From Strigamia acuminata (Eukaryota), in assembly GCA_949358305.1 (NCBI GenBank), contig OX442314.1:28706001-28770000 (forward strand): DNA of 64,000 nt, in the 5' to 3' direction. Both the position numbers and the translations under genes were made by a program. Positions 37,434 through 49,685 of the stretch are shown piece by piece; the stretch's first letter is position 1, and each line of letters opens with the position of its first letter. Below the pieces are notes generated by a model. It searched no databases, was not told the DNA's origin, and worked only from the letters and a program-made list of their open reading frames with translations.

Positions 37434-40369
37434 ATTGAGGGCCCTGTCCGAGATTTGAACTTGAAAATTTTTTTTTTGTGTTTCCGCCATTTTGTTTTGC
37501 ATTGTGTATCAAATTTTGTTTGCATTTTGTTTTGCTTTATGCCCCAGTTTTTGTTGCTCTTTGCTTTGCTCCTTGGTGGGGGCTCAATTGTATTGTTTTT
37601 CTCTTGTTTTTGTTTTGGAATGTGGGTTAATTACTTTCTTTGAGGGGCTGAGGAATTTGAAAGGTGTTTTTGTTAGCCACTTTGGGTCGCGTGAGAGGCT
37701 TAGTTGTGGGGGGCTGAATGCTTTTTCATTTGAAGGTTTCTTGGATTGTATTTTTCTCAGTGCTGGTATGGTTGGGGGCTCTGAAATTTATTTTCAGACG
37801 CACTGCAACCAACCAAAACATTTTGGTATTCATTTCTTTGGGTGGCTGGGGGGATTTGCTCTCCACCTTAGGCGGTCATAGCAACGCATGCCATTATGTC
37901 CATTCTTTTGTGTTTTTCTCCCCTCGCACTGACTTGACCTCGCAGTGCTTTTGTCTTTGTTTTCACTTGCACTGTGTGTCTATTTTTAGAGTCGGGGTGA
38001 GAAACACTTGTTATTCTTCTGTCACACTCTTCTCTGAATTCGGGCTGGGTATTGTTCAGGTTTTTGAGAAGTGTTGTGCAATTTTATATTATTTTATAGC
38101 GTTTTTTCTTTTTTGCTGGCCTGGCTGGGGTTTGGTTGACTTGTTCTTTTTTTTTCTGTTACAATTAAGGTCCACTTTATGATGACAATAGCCAACCACC
38201 ACATTAGTTTAATGCCATACCGTATTTTTTTTATTAGTTTAAAGTGTATTTTTCTTATGTGTTTGGTTGACTTGAGTTTGACCTTGGTGTTTCCTTTAAT
38301 CATCTTGGGATAATAATGGCCAACCAACACATGAGCTTTATACCATTTTTGTATTATTTTATGATTTGTTTCTTGGGTGTGCAATTGGGAGAGAAACCAT
38401 TTGTAGGTGCTCGGAATTTGTGGTCTGAAGCGTTGGAGATGTACAGCTTCATCGTTTTAGAGGCATATTGAAAGTGGGGTGTGTAGGGGTTAGGCTTGAA
38501 CAAGCCGGCAACGTGTTACCCATGACATTCCTGAGGTTACGCAGACGTAATGAGTGTCTTAGAGGGTCGGCACCACACCAGACGAATGGTAGATTTAGTT
38601 CTTTTATTTCTTTTCCTGGATTTGCAAATTTGGTGCTTTTTCCGAGTGTGTTTTTTGGCGGGAAACGTGAATGTGGTGTCGTTGTGGTGGGCAGGCATGC
38701 TGCTGGGTGCAGTATATCCCGGTTCAGCCCTGTGCCTTGCCCGGACGACGATAAACTAATGCGGTAAATTTAGGGGAGCTCTGTTCATTACTGGCCAGAG
38801 GTACATTCCTGGTTGCAGCGGTTTGAGTAATCTTTTGAATCACAGACACGCGTACTTAAGGAGAATGCACGGAGACTGGGTTTCCAACCCTGTCCCGAGC
38901 ACTGGTGGACACAGCTTGGTGTGACTTTGGCAATGTGTTTTATATGCGCATTTACGACACATTGTACCGATTTCACTGCCTTGCCGTGGAAATTGGGTCT
39001 CGGATAGCGGGGGGGCGGCCTTTGCAGGGGACTGCTCAGGTGTCGAGCCCGAAGGTGTTTTGCTTTCAAACCGCGCGTGGAATGCTTGCAAGCACGGATT
39101 GGGTGGCTAGCAGCTTTGAAAAAGGACTGTGAATCCAGCCCAACACCTTTTTAATCTTTGTTTTCAATGTGCTGCGTGTGGATCCCTCTTCCCAATTTTG
39201 TGAAACATGCCACATTTTTCTTGAACCCTTCTTTTATCCTATTTCTACTCTAATTTCATATCCGGGTTGGTGAGGAGTGAGGCTCCCGGGGATTGGACCT
39301 AACTTTCCCTGGCGCTGGACCGTGTTCAGTTGCAATACCTCCGATCTGGCTCTGGCTCTGTTCGCCGATTTCTCTTCACTCTCAGTCTGAGGCGAACGAG
39401 TCGACATTTTTGCCTCATCAGGATTATCGCGATCTTGATGGTGTTTCGGGTGTGATTTTGGTGCTGGAGCTAGCTATGCCAAAGGAAGCCTGAAACACGC
39501 GTTTTAGCGTTTTCAGCAGGGGTTAAAACTGGTGGCAGACGTATACACCAGCGCAAAGGAAAACGTACGCCTTAGCATCGAAGCTGTGGGGCGCGATGGA
39601 AAATGCCACGAAAAATCGATATACGCAGTTTTTTCTACTTGGTTCTGGCGTGAATAATTTAGAACACGAAGGGAAAGACAAACCGTGGGATTGTGTTTGT
39701 TAGTTTGGGAGTGTCAGAGAACTTCCAGTCGCCCATTTCTATCTTTTGGGGCGTGGATAAATGCCGGAAAGGTGTTCGCCGTTTTCTATCTTTTGGGGCG
39801 TGGATAAGTACCAGAAAGGTGTTCGCTAATTTTTTATTTTGGGGCGTGGATTAGAAAATACCAAAATATAACCGCTAATTTTATCTTTTGGGGCGCAGAG
39901 AAAAGCCAAAATTTAATACTTTTGCCAGTTTCTACATTCATTTATATTTGTGACAGGTTGCTGTGCAGAACAGGAGGCGAGATGCCCCTGCAGGGTGATA
40001 GTTTTATGGCTGGGAGTCGTGTTGTCTCAACAGTGACCCCTACCTGGACTATTGCTGCCGAATCGCTACGAAGAGACAAAAAGGCATGTGGTTTGGGGGA
40101 AACAGGATGACATTTATGGCACCCTTTTGTTCCTCGAGTCATGGCCTTTTGTCCTGGAAGTCTAAAAATACCCTAGATGGACCTGGGATTGCCCAAGGCC
40201 CATCAGGGAAGGTCATTAACTGGTCACTACCCTTGAAGGGCGGAGCTGGTAGCATTTGTGAAGTCTAAAGTTGACCTAGTTGTAGGCGACTGTGACTGGC
40301 TGCAGTTAACCACCTGACATTGAATTGGTTTGCTGAGTGCGAGTGGACAGAAATTTTCACTCTTCACTC

Positions 40370-41962
40370 ATGGTTAAGACACGGTCTCAATCACGCTCAC
40401 CAAAACGTCGATCCAGATCTTTGACTAAGAAGGCAATGGATCTCGATTTGAATCCAGAGTTGGCCGAGAAATTGGCCGACCTGCTCGGGGTGGATGCGGG
40501 TGACTTCGCGTCACAGCACGACCTCGAGGAAGCAATAAAAGATCTCCTTACGACGCGACAGCAGGCGCTGAACGATGCCGCTGCCGCGCGTAGAGAGGCT
40601 GAACATTCCGACCATATGGCATCAGAGACTCGCCAAGCGTTTCTCGACGCCGAAAGGCAGAATGAGGTGTTGAGGGATACTCGCTCGAAGGAACTGTTAA
40701 CTCACACTAGTGAGTTGAGGGCGCTCGAAGCAAAGTACTACAAGATGAAAAGCAGGTTTGCTGGTGGGGGAGGCGCTAGTGTACTCGGTTCAGGAGCAGA
40801 CTCGGACATTAGTTCGGTCGCTTCTGTCTCGGACGAAATAAACTCGGTTGCACCGAGCGACTCCCTACCTGTCAATCCACGATTGATGCAGGCGATGCCC
40901 GCGCAAAAGGTGAGGAGGTGGACCACTCCACCTCTCGCCGCGGACGTCTCAATGCATCTCGGGGTTGAGGTGCCAGCAGATAAAGTTATAACGCAATCGA
41001 ACATCCCCACATCTAAAGGTTTACCAGATGTGGAGCAATTAACCAAACATGTTGCGCAGATACGCATGGACCCGTTCTCGGGCGATCGCACGGCGGCAAG
41101 GACGTTTCTCATCCAGCTGAGATCGAATCTGTCCTTCGCCGAGCTGCAGCTCGATTATGTGGCTAGGCGTTTCTTGTCGAGATTTTTTACAGGTGACGCC
41201 CTATCTTGGTGGCAATCAACAATGCCCGTAAAAACGTGGGATGAGTTCGAAGTCGCCTTCCAGACCCGGTTCGCACCTTCCGACAGCCAACTACTCGCGA
41301 AAGTAGTATCCATCAAGCAGGCGAAGGATGTGACGGCTTTGCAGATTTGGACGGACCTGGACGCGTTGTTTAACCAGATGCAGGTGCCGATAGCGGATGA
41401 GTATAAAATTAACTATGCTTTGGCAGCTATGACCCCGGAAACGTGCACTATGGCAGCGAACACCTTGGCATGGGATCACTCCTGGCTAGGATTGAAACGC
41501 TCCTGTGTACGTTTCGCCCCAGCAGCTTTGGCAATGGAAAGGTTCCGTGACCCGGCCAGCGTAATCATACCACATTGGCATTCACCACCGGCCCAGGCGT
41601 TGCCGAAGTTTGCTGACCTGAAAAGCGGAGATAGAACGCGGAGTTGGTTGAAGCCTCCGACGGGTAAGCCTGTGGCGACCCCTAGTGGGAAGCCTACGGA
41701 AACCCCGAAGACGGCCGCGACCCGACCCGCGTCTAACCTGCTGAAGGATCATGCGATCGCACCTCCTGGCGCAGGTTGTTGGCATTGTGGCGGACCGCAT
41801 TTTGAGCGTCATTGCACAATTAAACACAAACTCGCCGGTAAGGCTGCCGAACGCGTGGCCCACCTGACTGAGGAACTGGCGAAAGCTGTGTTCTTCACGA
41901 AAGGTATAACCGAAGAAACGACTGAGTCGGAAAACGAGCTGGAGCAGGCTCCGGAGGATTAA
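40370..41962 (+). CDS. gag: Gag (capsid + CCHC nucleocapsid)
   Basis: Open frame from ATG 40370; capsid-like PFSGD..FTGDALSWW..TWDEFEVAFQTRF; zinc knuckle CWHCGGPHFERHC. Confidence 0.93.
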   Translation: MVKTRSQSRSPKRRSRSLTKKAMDLDLNPELAEKLADLLGVDAGDFASQHDLEEAIKDLLTTRQQALNDAAAARREAEHSDHMASETRQAFLDAERQNEVLRDTRSKELLTHTSELRALEAKYYKMKSRFAGGGGASVLGSGADSDISSVASVSDEINSVAPSDSLPVNPRLMQAMPAQKVRRWTTPPLAADVSMHLGVEVPADKVITQSNIPTSKGLPDVEQLTKHVAQIRMDPFSGDRTAARTFLIQLRSNLSFAELQLDYVARRFLSRFFTGDALSWWQSTMPVKTWDEFEVAFQTRFAPSDSQLLAKVVSIKQAKDVTALQIWTDLDALFNQMQVPIADEYKINYALAAMTPETCTMAANTLAWDHSWLGLKRSCVRFAPAALAMERFRDPASVIIPHWHSPPAQALPKFADLKSGDRTRSWLKPPTGKPVATPSGKPTETPKTAATRPASNLLKDHAIAPPGAGCWHCGGPHFERHCTIKHKLAGKAAERVAHLTEELAKAVFFTKGITEETTESENELEQAPED

Positions 41963-44900
41963 ATTCATCCGAAGTCTGCAAGCAAGCCGCTTCCTTCTTA
42001 GCACCCAGTGGGACTGATTTGGATGATGATATCTTTGCAGACTTCTCACCTTCGGAACCACACCCCTTCTCGGGACTTCCCGAGGTTGAGGTATTCGATA
42101 TAGTACACGTTGCTGTCAGGGATTGGAATTGCCCTCTTCCCTACATCAATGTTTGCTTGAACGGCCATGAGACAAAAGCTTTGGTTGACTGCGGCGCAAC
42201 TGGTCCTTATATCAGTAGCGCTATGGCCGACAGGTTTAATCTCATGCACCTGATTGAACCCTGTAAGAATCCTATTAGGGTTATGACTGGTGACAGGGTA
42301 ACAAGTCCAGTCGGGATACTCGAGTTGCTTCTGTGCTGGAGGACTGGGAGTCAAAAGATCCGTTTCCCGGTGTTACCCTCGAGTTCGTGTTTCATCCTCC
42401 TTGGGTGCAACTGGATTAAAGGGAACAACATCGTGATTAGATTGCCCCGGAATGATTGGTTTCACCTTGATAATCCGGAGGAGACATTTCCTTTTGACCC
42501 CCAACCATATAGAGTAGACTTAGCGGTCCCTGTCGTGGACCAGTGGGAGCTCGCCGAATCCTCACGGATAGCTGGCGAATCTGCTGGGCCTACGCTTGCG
42601 GAACGTTTAATGTCGAAATGTGAACTGGATGATTCGCAGAAGGTGAGGTTGTCGTATTTAATTGACGAATACAGCCGTACCTTTAGCGATAAAGCTGGTT
42701 GTCACCCGGATGCGGAACATAGGATCCCAACCGGTGACAACCCACCTTTTAAATGCAGAGATCGACCGATGAACCCCGCTAAAGCTGAAATTTTTCGCCA
42801 ATTGGTGGAAGAGTCACTTAGCAAAGGTGAGGTTGAGAGATGCGAAAGCAGCTACAAGAACCCACCGGTCATCGTGAAGAAGAAGTGTGGTAACTATCGT
42901 CTTTGTATCGATTTCCGACAACTGAACAAGGTCACTGAGAAAGACGTCTATCAAATGCCGTCAATCTCTATGATTTTGGCGTGTCTGGGGGGGAGTACTT
43001 ATTTTACGACTCTAGACTTGACCAAGGGCTACTACCAAATTAAGTTGAAGCCCGGAGACAAGTGCAAAACGGCTTTTGCCACCCCTGAGGGCACGTTCCA
43101 ATTTACTAGAATGCCGTTCGGGTTGTGTAATGCACCCAGTGCGTTTCAACGCATGATGGACGAGGTTTTGGGGGAAGCGAAGTTCAAGTGGGCTCTGGCT
43201 TTTCTGGATGACATTGTCATTTACAGCAAGTCATTTGATGAACACTTGATGCATTTGGCGGATGTGTTGGCCCGATTGGAGAAGGTAAACCTGACGGCTA
43301 GCCCATCTAAATCGTTTGTTTGCCCTGCTGACTGGGATTTCCTTGGTTTCACCATGACACCTATAGGGTACAGTCCAAACGGAAGCAAGGTGCAAGCGAT
43401 CGTGGAGTATCCGCCGCCGAAGAACGTGAAGCAGTTGCAACGTTTTATCGGTATGGTTGGATTCTACGCGCCATTACTGAAAGATCTGAACATTACTTCG
43501 AAACCGTTCTTCCTGCTCCTCAAAAAGGATATAGCATGGAGTTGGTCGAAGGAGTGCCAAGATGCTTTCACGACTCTGAAGCATCAGCTGGCTAATGGGA
43601 TCGTGCTACCTTTGCCTGATTTTGCCCGCCCTTTCATCATTCACACCGATGCTAGTGCGGGCGGTCTCGGTGCAGTCCTCATGCAGGCTGATGACGAAGA
43701 GAAGGTGAGACCTGTCGCCTACGCTAGCCGCACTCTCCAGGGTGCAGAGGCTAACTAGAGCGCTTCAGAGCTCGAATGCCTAGGAGTGGTTTGGGCTGTT
43801 AATAAGTTCAAGCCGTACGTGGAGTATTCAAAGTTCGTAGTCGAAACAGACCATATGGCTCTTAAGTGGCTTATGTCATGCGAGAATCCGTCCGGTCGTT
43901 TGGCTCGATGGGCTATGAAACTTCAGCAGGAGGATTTTATTATTAAATACCGAAAAGGTGTAGACAACAAGGTGGCTGATGCGCTCTCACGAGTGAACCT
44001 AGATGACGACTTAACGACATCAGAGGCTCTACCCGGAGAAGCGAACGCACTTTTGCTGTCACACTCACTTTTGGCCTCTGGGTCGGCTGATCTCACTATG
44101 TCTCTCGATGAGATACGGACGGGTCAGTTGGCCGACGCCGATTGTGCAATCCTAATTGAATGGTTAGAGTCGGAGAAAGGAGACGAGACGTCCCTATCCC
44201 AACTCTCTCCGCTCATGCTACAGTACAAGACTGACTTTATGTTAGCTTCAAACGGAGTGTTGTATATAAACGCCCCGTTGAAGACAGATATGTTCTTGGA
44301 AAACACGGAATATGGCTCCGGACTGAAAATCGTGGTGCCAGTTTTGTTGCATGACCGCTGTCTCAAGGTTGTGCACGATCACCCATTGTCCGGATATGGC
44401 GGTGTCGATGTTACGACTGAGAGATTACGTCGGAGTTTTTTCTGGCCCGGGTTTAGACGCAGTGTGCGGGAGTACATCGCAAGGTGTGACCGTTGCCAGC
44501 GCTGCAAACCTGTGCAGAGGAAACCAACCGGACTCCTGATGCCAGTTTCACCAATGATAGGCCGATTCGAAAGACTCGGAGTCGACTTCATGGGCCCGAA
44601 ACCAATGACGAGAGACCGGAACAGGTATATTCTGGTGATTGTGGACTATGCCACTGGATGGGTTGAGGCTACGGCGATGCGGACGGCGAAAATTTCAAGT
44701 GTCGTGCCCGTGTTGCTGCGTTTCTTTCATAATCATGGATGCCCTCGATTCATCGTAAGTGATAACGGAAAACAATTTATTTCAGAGGTATACAATGAGT
44801 TGTGCAGGGAGGCAGGTGTCACTCCGTTAAGGACGTCACCATATCACCCGCAAACTAATTACACCGAACGAGTCAATCGGAACATTAAAATTATGCTTCA

Positions 44901-45654
44901 GATTTTCACGTCCGAACATGACCAGTGGGACCGATGCATCAATAGCATTAATTTCGCCTTGCGCACGGCCCCATCGGCAACAACGGGTTTATCACCAGCA
45001 ATGCTAACGTATCTCCGTGAGTTGCGTCCGTTTTGGGATAGTCGCGGTGTGGCTCTGGATGCACCCTTCGACCCCGAGCAGCCGTACGACACGGTGAGAA
45101 TGTTGGTCTCTAGGATGGATGTGTTGTTGAAGGCAGCGCTCAAAAATAAGTCGCTGGCTAAACAGAAACAGAAGTCTTATTACGATCAACATCGTAGCGA
45201 CGATGCATTTGAGGTGGATGATTTGGTATTGCTTCGAACTCACCCACTATCGGTTAAAGCGCTCCGTTATCCTGCGTCGTTGGAAGATCGATTCGAAGGC
45301 CCGTACGTTGTCACGAAGGTCATCAGTCCTTTGGTGTACACGGTGGCAACGCCGATTACGCTGAAATGTAAAGGTCCGGTAAATATTGTGAACTTGAGGC
45401 GGTATATACCACCCGAGTCCACACCCACCTGGCCGGTAGCCGAGGATGCGGCGGAAACGGTTCCACCTGTTGAGGTCATCGAACCTGCAGCTGAGGTCCC
45501 GCCGCCAACTCCTGTGGCTCCGCCTACCAAAGTAACCGGAGTTAAACGTAAAACGAAGCGTGCGAGGAAGAAACCGATGAGGATTTCTCCGCGACGCCCG
45601 GTTTTAGGTAAACGGCTACGTAACAAGCCGTTGAGATTCCGTGATGACCATTAA
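41926..45654 (+). pseudogene. pol: Pol polyprotein (PR-RT-RNaseH-IN) with one in-frame TAG
   Basis: Protease ALVDCGAT..ILLG, RT LDLTKGYYQ..MPFGL..FLDD, RNase H TDASAGGLGAVL, integrase H..C..C and VDFMG..SDNG..ERVN. ORFs 42019-43758 and 43786-45654 share a frame, separated by TAG 43756-43758 where the conserved NYS motif has Tyr. Confidence 0.93.
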
Positions 45655-47690
45655 CCGCGTTTTCACGTTTCCGTGAAACCACGTGTTGATGACTGAGTCG
45701 CTGAAGTGACGTCACGGCATCTTCCGGTGGACGCGTAGCCATGGCAACGATGGAAACATCGTGGCCGCTATTTTTCAAGCAAGTTATTTTGCTGAAATAT
45801 TAATTCCAACACATGTGGACATCTGGTGGAAATGGTTTCCTGCAATAAACCAATTTTGTTGTGCTATTTTTCTTATCTTACGTCCCCATGGAATATTTTT
45901 CGATGGAATATTGGGATTGCCCCAATAAAGGGGAGGAGGGGGAGCTAGGTCTCCAATCACAGGGCAGGGGTCGGGTATTGTTTAGACCCAAAGGCACTTG
46001 GTCGAGGGTTTTCACATCCTGTTTCCCCATTCAGTGTTGAGTGTTTACACTGTCAACATCAGTTTTTCCCTCTCGTTTGCGCCGAAATTTTTCGCCGAGA
46101 AGTTATCTTTCTTCGCAATGAAGGTAAGACTGGTTCGTTTTGGACTTTGTCCGTTCTTGTTTAACATCACTTGTTGACATTCGCTCATCCCTTGCCCCTC
46201 TCCCCTCATTCCGTCTCGAATTACGTTCATCGCAATGCAAGCGGCAGCTTCGGCCGCCGTTAGCAGGCGCGGATGCAGGTTGGGAGTTTTTCACAAAACT
46301 GCACCGCATCTGAACTAAGTCACAGAAACACTTAGGGAGAAATCTCAATTTGTGTTCTTGACTTGATTCCACAAACATTTGTGTGAGAAAAACTTGGTTT
46401 TCCCTCGTTTTTCCGCACGGATCGTGTTCGGGCGGCGATCAGTTTCACTCTTCGTTCGCCACCGCGATCATCATTTCTCCTTCTATTTTTCCTTTTTTCC
46501 TTTTTCCTTCTTGTTTTTTTTTTTCCATGGGCAGTTTATTTTCTTTTTTTTCTTTTCGAGTCTCACGAATAGTTTTTCTTTTTTTTTCCTCTCATTCTAT
46601 CACCGTTTTCCCACACCTTTCGTTAGTTTAGCGGGATGCGGTGGCGAATCTTGTGAGGAACCAATGCCGTTTTTATGGGTATCTGGGTCCCACAAAGATC
46701 TCGCGCGTTACCAGTATAAGATCCGACTTGTGGTCAGACTTGGTGGAGACAGTCAGCTTAGCGACGCCCCTCCAGTCATTGACCGCAAGCCGCAGAAACA
46801 ATGCGAAAAGCGAGGAAGGGTCAACCGCGACGAGGGGGGATTAGTCCCTAATCCCTCGGCGGCGCGGTGTGATCTTTCAATCCCAACTTGTTCTTTAATT
46901 CCCTTTGCTTTTAGTTTTACTGTTTGTTGGGTTTCTTGCTTCTTTTTCCTTGATAGCTTGTTGTTTACGAGATATTACGGCAAGTGGGAGTTTATTCTTT
47001 TTCTCCTTCTGCTTCGCCATCTCAAGTCTTAAAAAATTTCGAACATTTCTTCTGAGGATCAGGTCTTAATTTATCTAGCTTAGTTTTTTACTTTCTAAAT
47101 TTTTCCTTTCCTCCGTTTTTCGAGTTGTTTTTCGGCCAGCGGCGGCGGACGGCCGGAACGGTATCGACCATCCACCAATCACCTGTTGCTGGTGTTGAAT
47201 TGGCTTTCATTATTATCTTCAATCTCACTTGGGGATTCTGGGAACCAAGACGGCACGGATGATCGGCTCATTGCGGCACGTTGGCTCAGAACGTTCCGCC
47301 ATGACAGTTGCGATCTCCGTAACGGCTGTGGTCCTATGATCCTCCCTAGTGGTCAGGAAGAAACGGCGGCGAGCGGTTTAAACACTCATCGCACTGCCGC
47401 TGCATCTCACATCGAAAACGTGCAACTGCTTTACCAGTCGTAGTTTTTCGATGGGACGTTATCAGGCGTAACTTCGAAGCAGACTTCCGCTCGCTCGAAG
47501 ACTCCGCCGATATTGTGAACCAGTGACGCAATGTGTTCTCACGCATGCGCGCTGACCGGACGCTGAGAAGCAGGTTTTACCGCGCTCTCGCGTCACTTAT
47601 CTCAACTCCACTGTTGCCAGCTGTTCCTTGAGTGATTTTTCTTCTACTTTAATTATTGGTATTAATTTTACTTTATTGATTTTGTTATAG

Positions 47691-49685
47691 AGACATTCGG
47701 GAGATCGCGAGGGTCGCAAGTGGGAGTGGTGGTGCATTTGCCCCATTTGCGTGGGTCAGTGCTGGATAGTCCAGCCGAATACGTGTGAGGCGCCGTGCCA
47801 GAACTGTTTGGGTTTCGGTCTCGTGCACTCCGCATTTCCGCTCCAGCGCTGGTTCCAACTGCACCAGTCTGTCCCGGGTGGTGATCGTTCTCGCCGGTCG
47901 GTGATATCGTGGGCAAGCACCCCGAACTGGGAGACACGTCTGGATACACTGGCTAACGCCGGTTTCTCCCGCGACGCTCCCCCGGAAGACTACACGCCCG
48001 TGGTGGACTTCGACAACCCGCTCCCAGGTCCTTCTCGAGCCGCCCAGCCGACGAGGTCTAGGCCCAGGACGCGTGGCGCAGCAGCGGCAGGGCTAGCGCA
48101 GCCCACCCCGAAGCGCCAGCACGTCAACCAGCCAGGCAGTAAGTGGGGAGAGGTAGAGGCCGAGAAGCTGCGTGTTGCCATGGAGGACTGGCGAAAGCAA
48201 GTCCCCAACGCGACACCGGACCAGGAGCGATACCAGTCCAAACACACGCGCAAACGGATTAAGGAGAATGCGAGGAAGGCGCGCGCCGCAGCAGCGCAGA
48301 GACAGGCACTGGCAGAGGCCGAGGCCGAGGTGCGCTTGATGCGGGACGACACCGCGTGGGATGAGGGTTCGCAGAGCTCAGGAGGAACCGTCGCCCAGGA
48401 TGTGCCTATGGAGACGGAGGCGGCTATCGACCGCCCCGAACCACCACCCACCTACTCACAAGCCATGGAGATGGAGCCGAGGCCGAGACGAGGCCCGATG
48501 ACACCACCTCCCATGGACACATCGGACACCCAGCAGGCAAATACGAGTATTGTGCCGCCAGTGGTGCCGACACCCGAACCAGTGGCGAGACAACTGCATG
48601 TGAGCGGTCTAGAGGGCTTGTCCCTTGGTGCCCGCGAACAGCAGCGGTCCGCCAAACTGGGACCAGCGACGAGCGGAACAACGCGGGAGGGTGGCGAGTC
48701 GGCGACGACCGCGACCCCCTTGGTTCAGGGTACAGTGGCGATCCTCGAACCGGATCTCTGCAACCCGCTACCAGGTATACGCTGGGAACCTCAGGGTACC
48801 CCGTACATCACTAGAGAGGGTATCATCAGCGGAGTGCCGCGCCTGGCCGCGGCATCCCCTGAGGTGATGAACCTCTGGTTAGCCGAGCTCAACCGGTGGA
48901 GGAGCCTCCATGTTGCATTTGTGGATGCGTTCAGGAACGAGGCCCGAACGGCAACCGCTTTGGCCGTGATTCGCCTGAAAATGTACATGTCGCTCCAAAT
49001 CCCGGCGACCGCGACCGAAACATCACGGCTGCGCCGATGGGATGAGATCGTGCGGGCATTGAAGGCCTGCTTGGGCGAATCCGTGCAGAAGTGGTACATG
49101 CTTCTCCCTCCGCCCATGAGTGTACAGATGTGGCCGATTCGACCTGTGGCCAAAGTCGACGTCACTCCCGCCGAGCTGGCGAACGAGGCAGAGGACATGG
49201 AAGCACTGCTCGAGCCGCTCTGGGGCGAGCAACCTTCAAGGAAACCCCCTGCTACGATTGAGGAGTTCATGGAGACCCTCTCACCAGAGATCGGTACCCC
49301 ACAAGGTCAGATGACCCCGGAGTCTCAATCGGAAGAGGAAACGGAAGCAAGGGCAGACGCCGCCATGCTCCTCTCCTCCCCGTGCGAAGACAGCGACGTT
49401 CCAGGTGACATCCCGAGGACGCCAGGCAGACCACACCGTTCCCGACGGAGGAAGGGAAGGAAGGCCAAGAAGTCTCGTACTTCTCCTTCGGCGTCAACAT
49501 CATCCGCAGTAACGGAGGAAGGAGCCAGGCTGGCACCACTCCCCGAACCGCGCATGGCAGTTAGGGAGGCGGAGAGTTTCTCTCCGCCCCTTTTCGAGTC
49601 ACCTGAAGTAATTGTCGTCAGCGACGAGGTCTCGCAAGAAACCTCGCACGAGGACCGACCATCGGAGGATGCGCCAGGCCCCTGA
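47691..49685 (+). CDS. Accessory ORF of LTR element (664 open codons), Cys-rich finger plus low-complexity and helical regions, function unknown
   Basis: Open from the acceptor-like TTTGTTATAG|47691 to TGA 49685; CICPICVGQC..CEAPCQNCLGFG; basic patch RSRRRKGRKAKKSR; no signal peptide or TM segment seen. Confidence 0.75.
   Translation, partial: RHSGDREGRKWEWWCICPICVGQCWIVQPNTCEAPCQNCLGFGLVHSAFPLQRWFQLHQSVPGGDRSRRSVISWASTPNWETRLDTLANAGFSRDAPPEDYTPVVDFDNPLPGPSRAAQPTRSRPRTRGAAAAGLAQPTPKRQHVNQPGSKWGEVEAEKLRVAMEDWRKQVPNATPDQERYQSKHTRKRIKENARKARAAAAQRQALAEAEAEVRLMRDDTAWDEGSQSSGGTVAQDVPMETEAAIDRPEPPPTYSQAMEMEPRPRRGPMTPPPMDTSDTQQANTSIVPPVVPTPEPVARQLHVSGLEGLSLGAREQQRSAKLGPATSGTTREGGESATTATPLVQGTVAILEPDLCNPLPGIRWEPQGTPYITREGIISGVPRLAAASPEVMNLWLAELNRWRSLHVAFVDAFRNEARTATALAVIRLKMYMSLQIPATATETSRLRRWDEIVRALKACLGESVQKWYMLLPPPMSVQMWPIRPVAKVDVTPAELANEAEDMEALLEPLWGEQPSRKPPATIEEFMETLSPEIGTPQGQMTPESQSEEETEARADAAMLLSSPCEDSDVPGDIPRTPGRPHRSRRRKGRKAKKSRTSPSASTSSAVTEEGARLAPLPEPRMAVREAESFSPPLFESPEVIVVSDEVSQETSHEDRPSEDAPGP

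Noticed and set aside
46379..47032. 217-aa Phe-rich ORF as an env-like membrane protein
   Set aside because: Its hydrophobicity comes from poly-T tracts, it has a GTG start, and it shows no env motifs.
47140..47631. Stop codons in the frame upstream of the accessory ORF read as TGG>TGA/TAG hypermutation or recoding
   Set aside because: About six stops in ~165 codons is close to random expectation; it cannot be distinguished from non-coding sequence without other copies.
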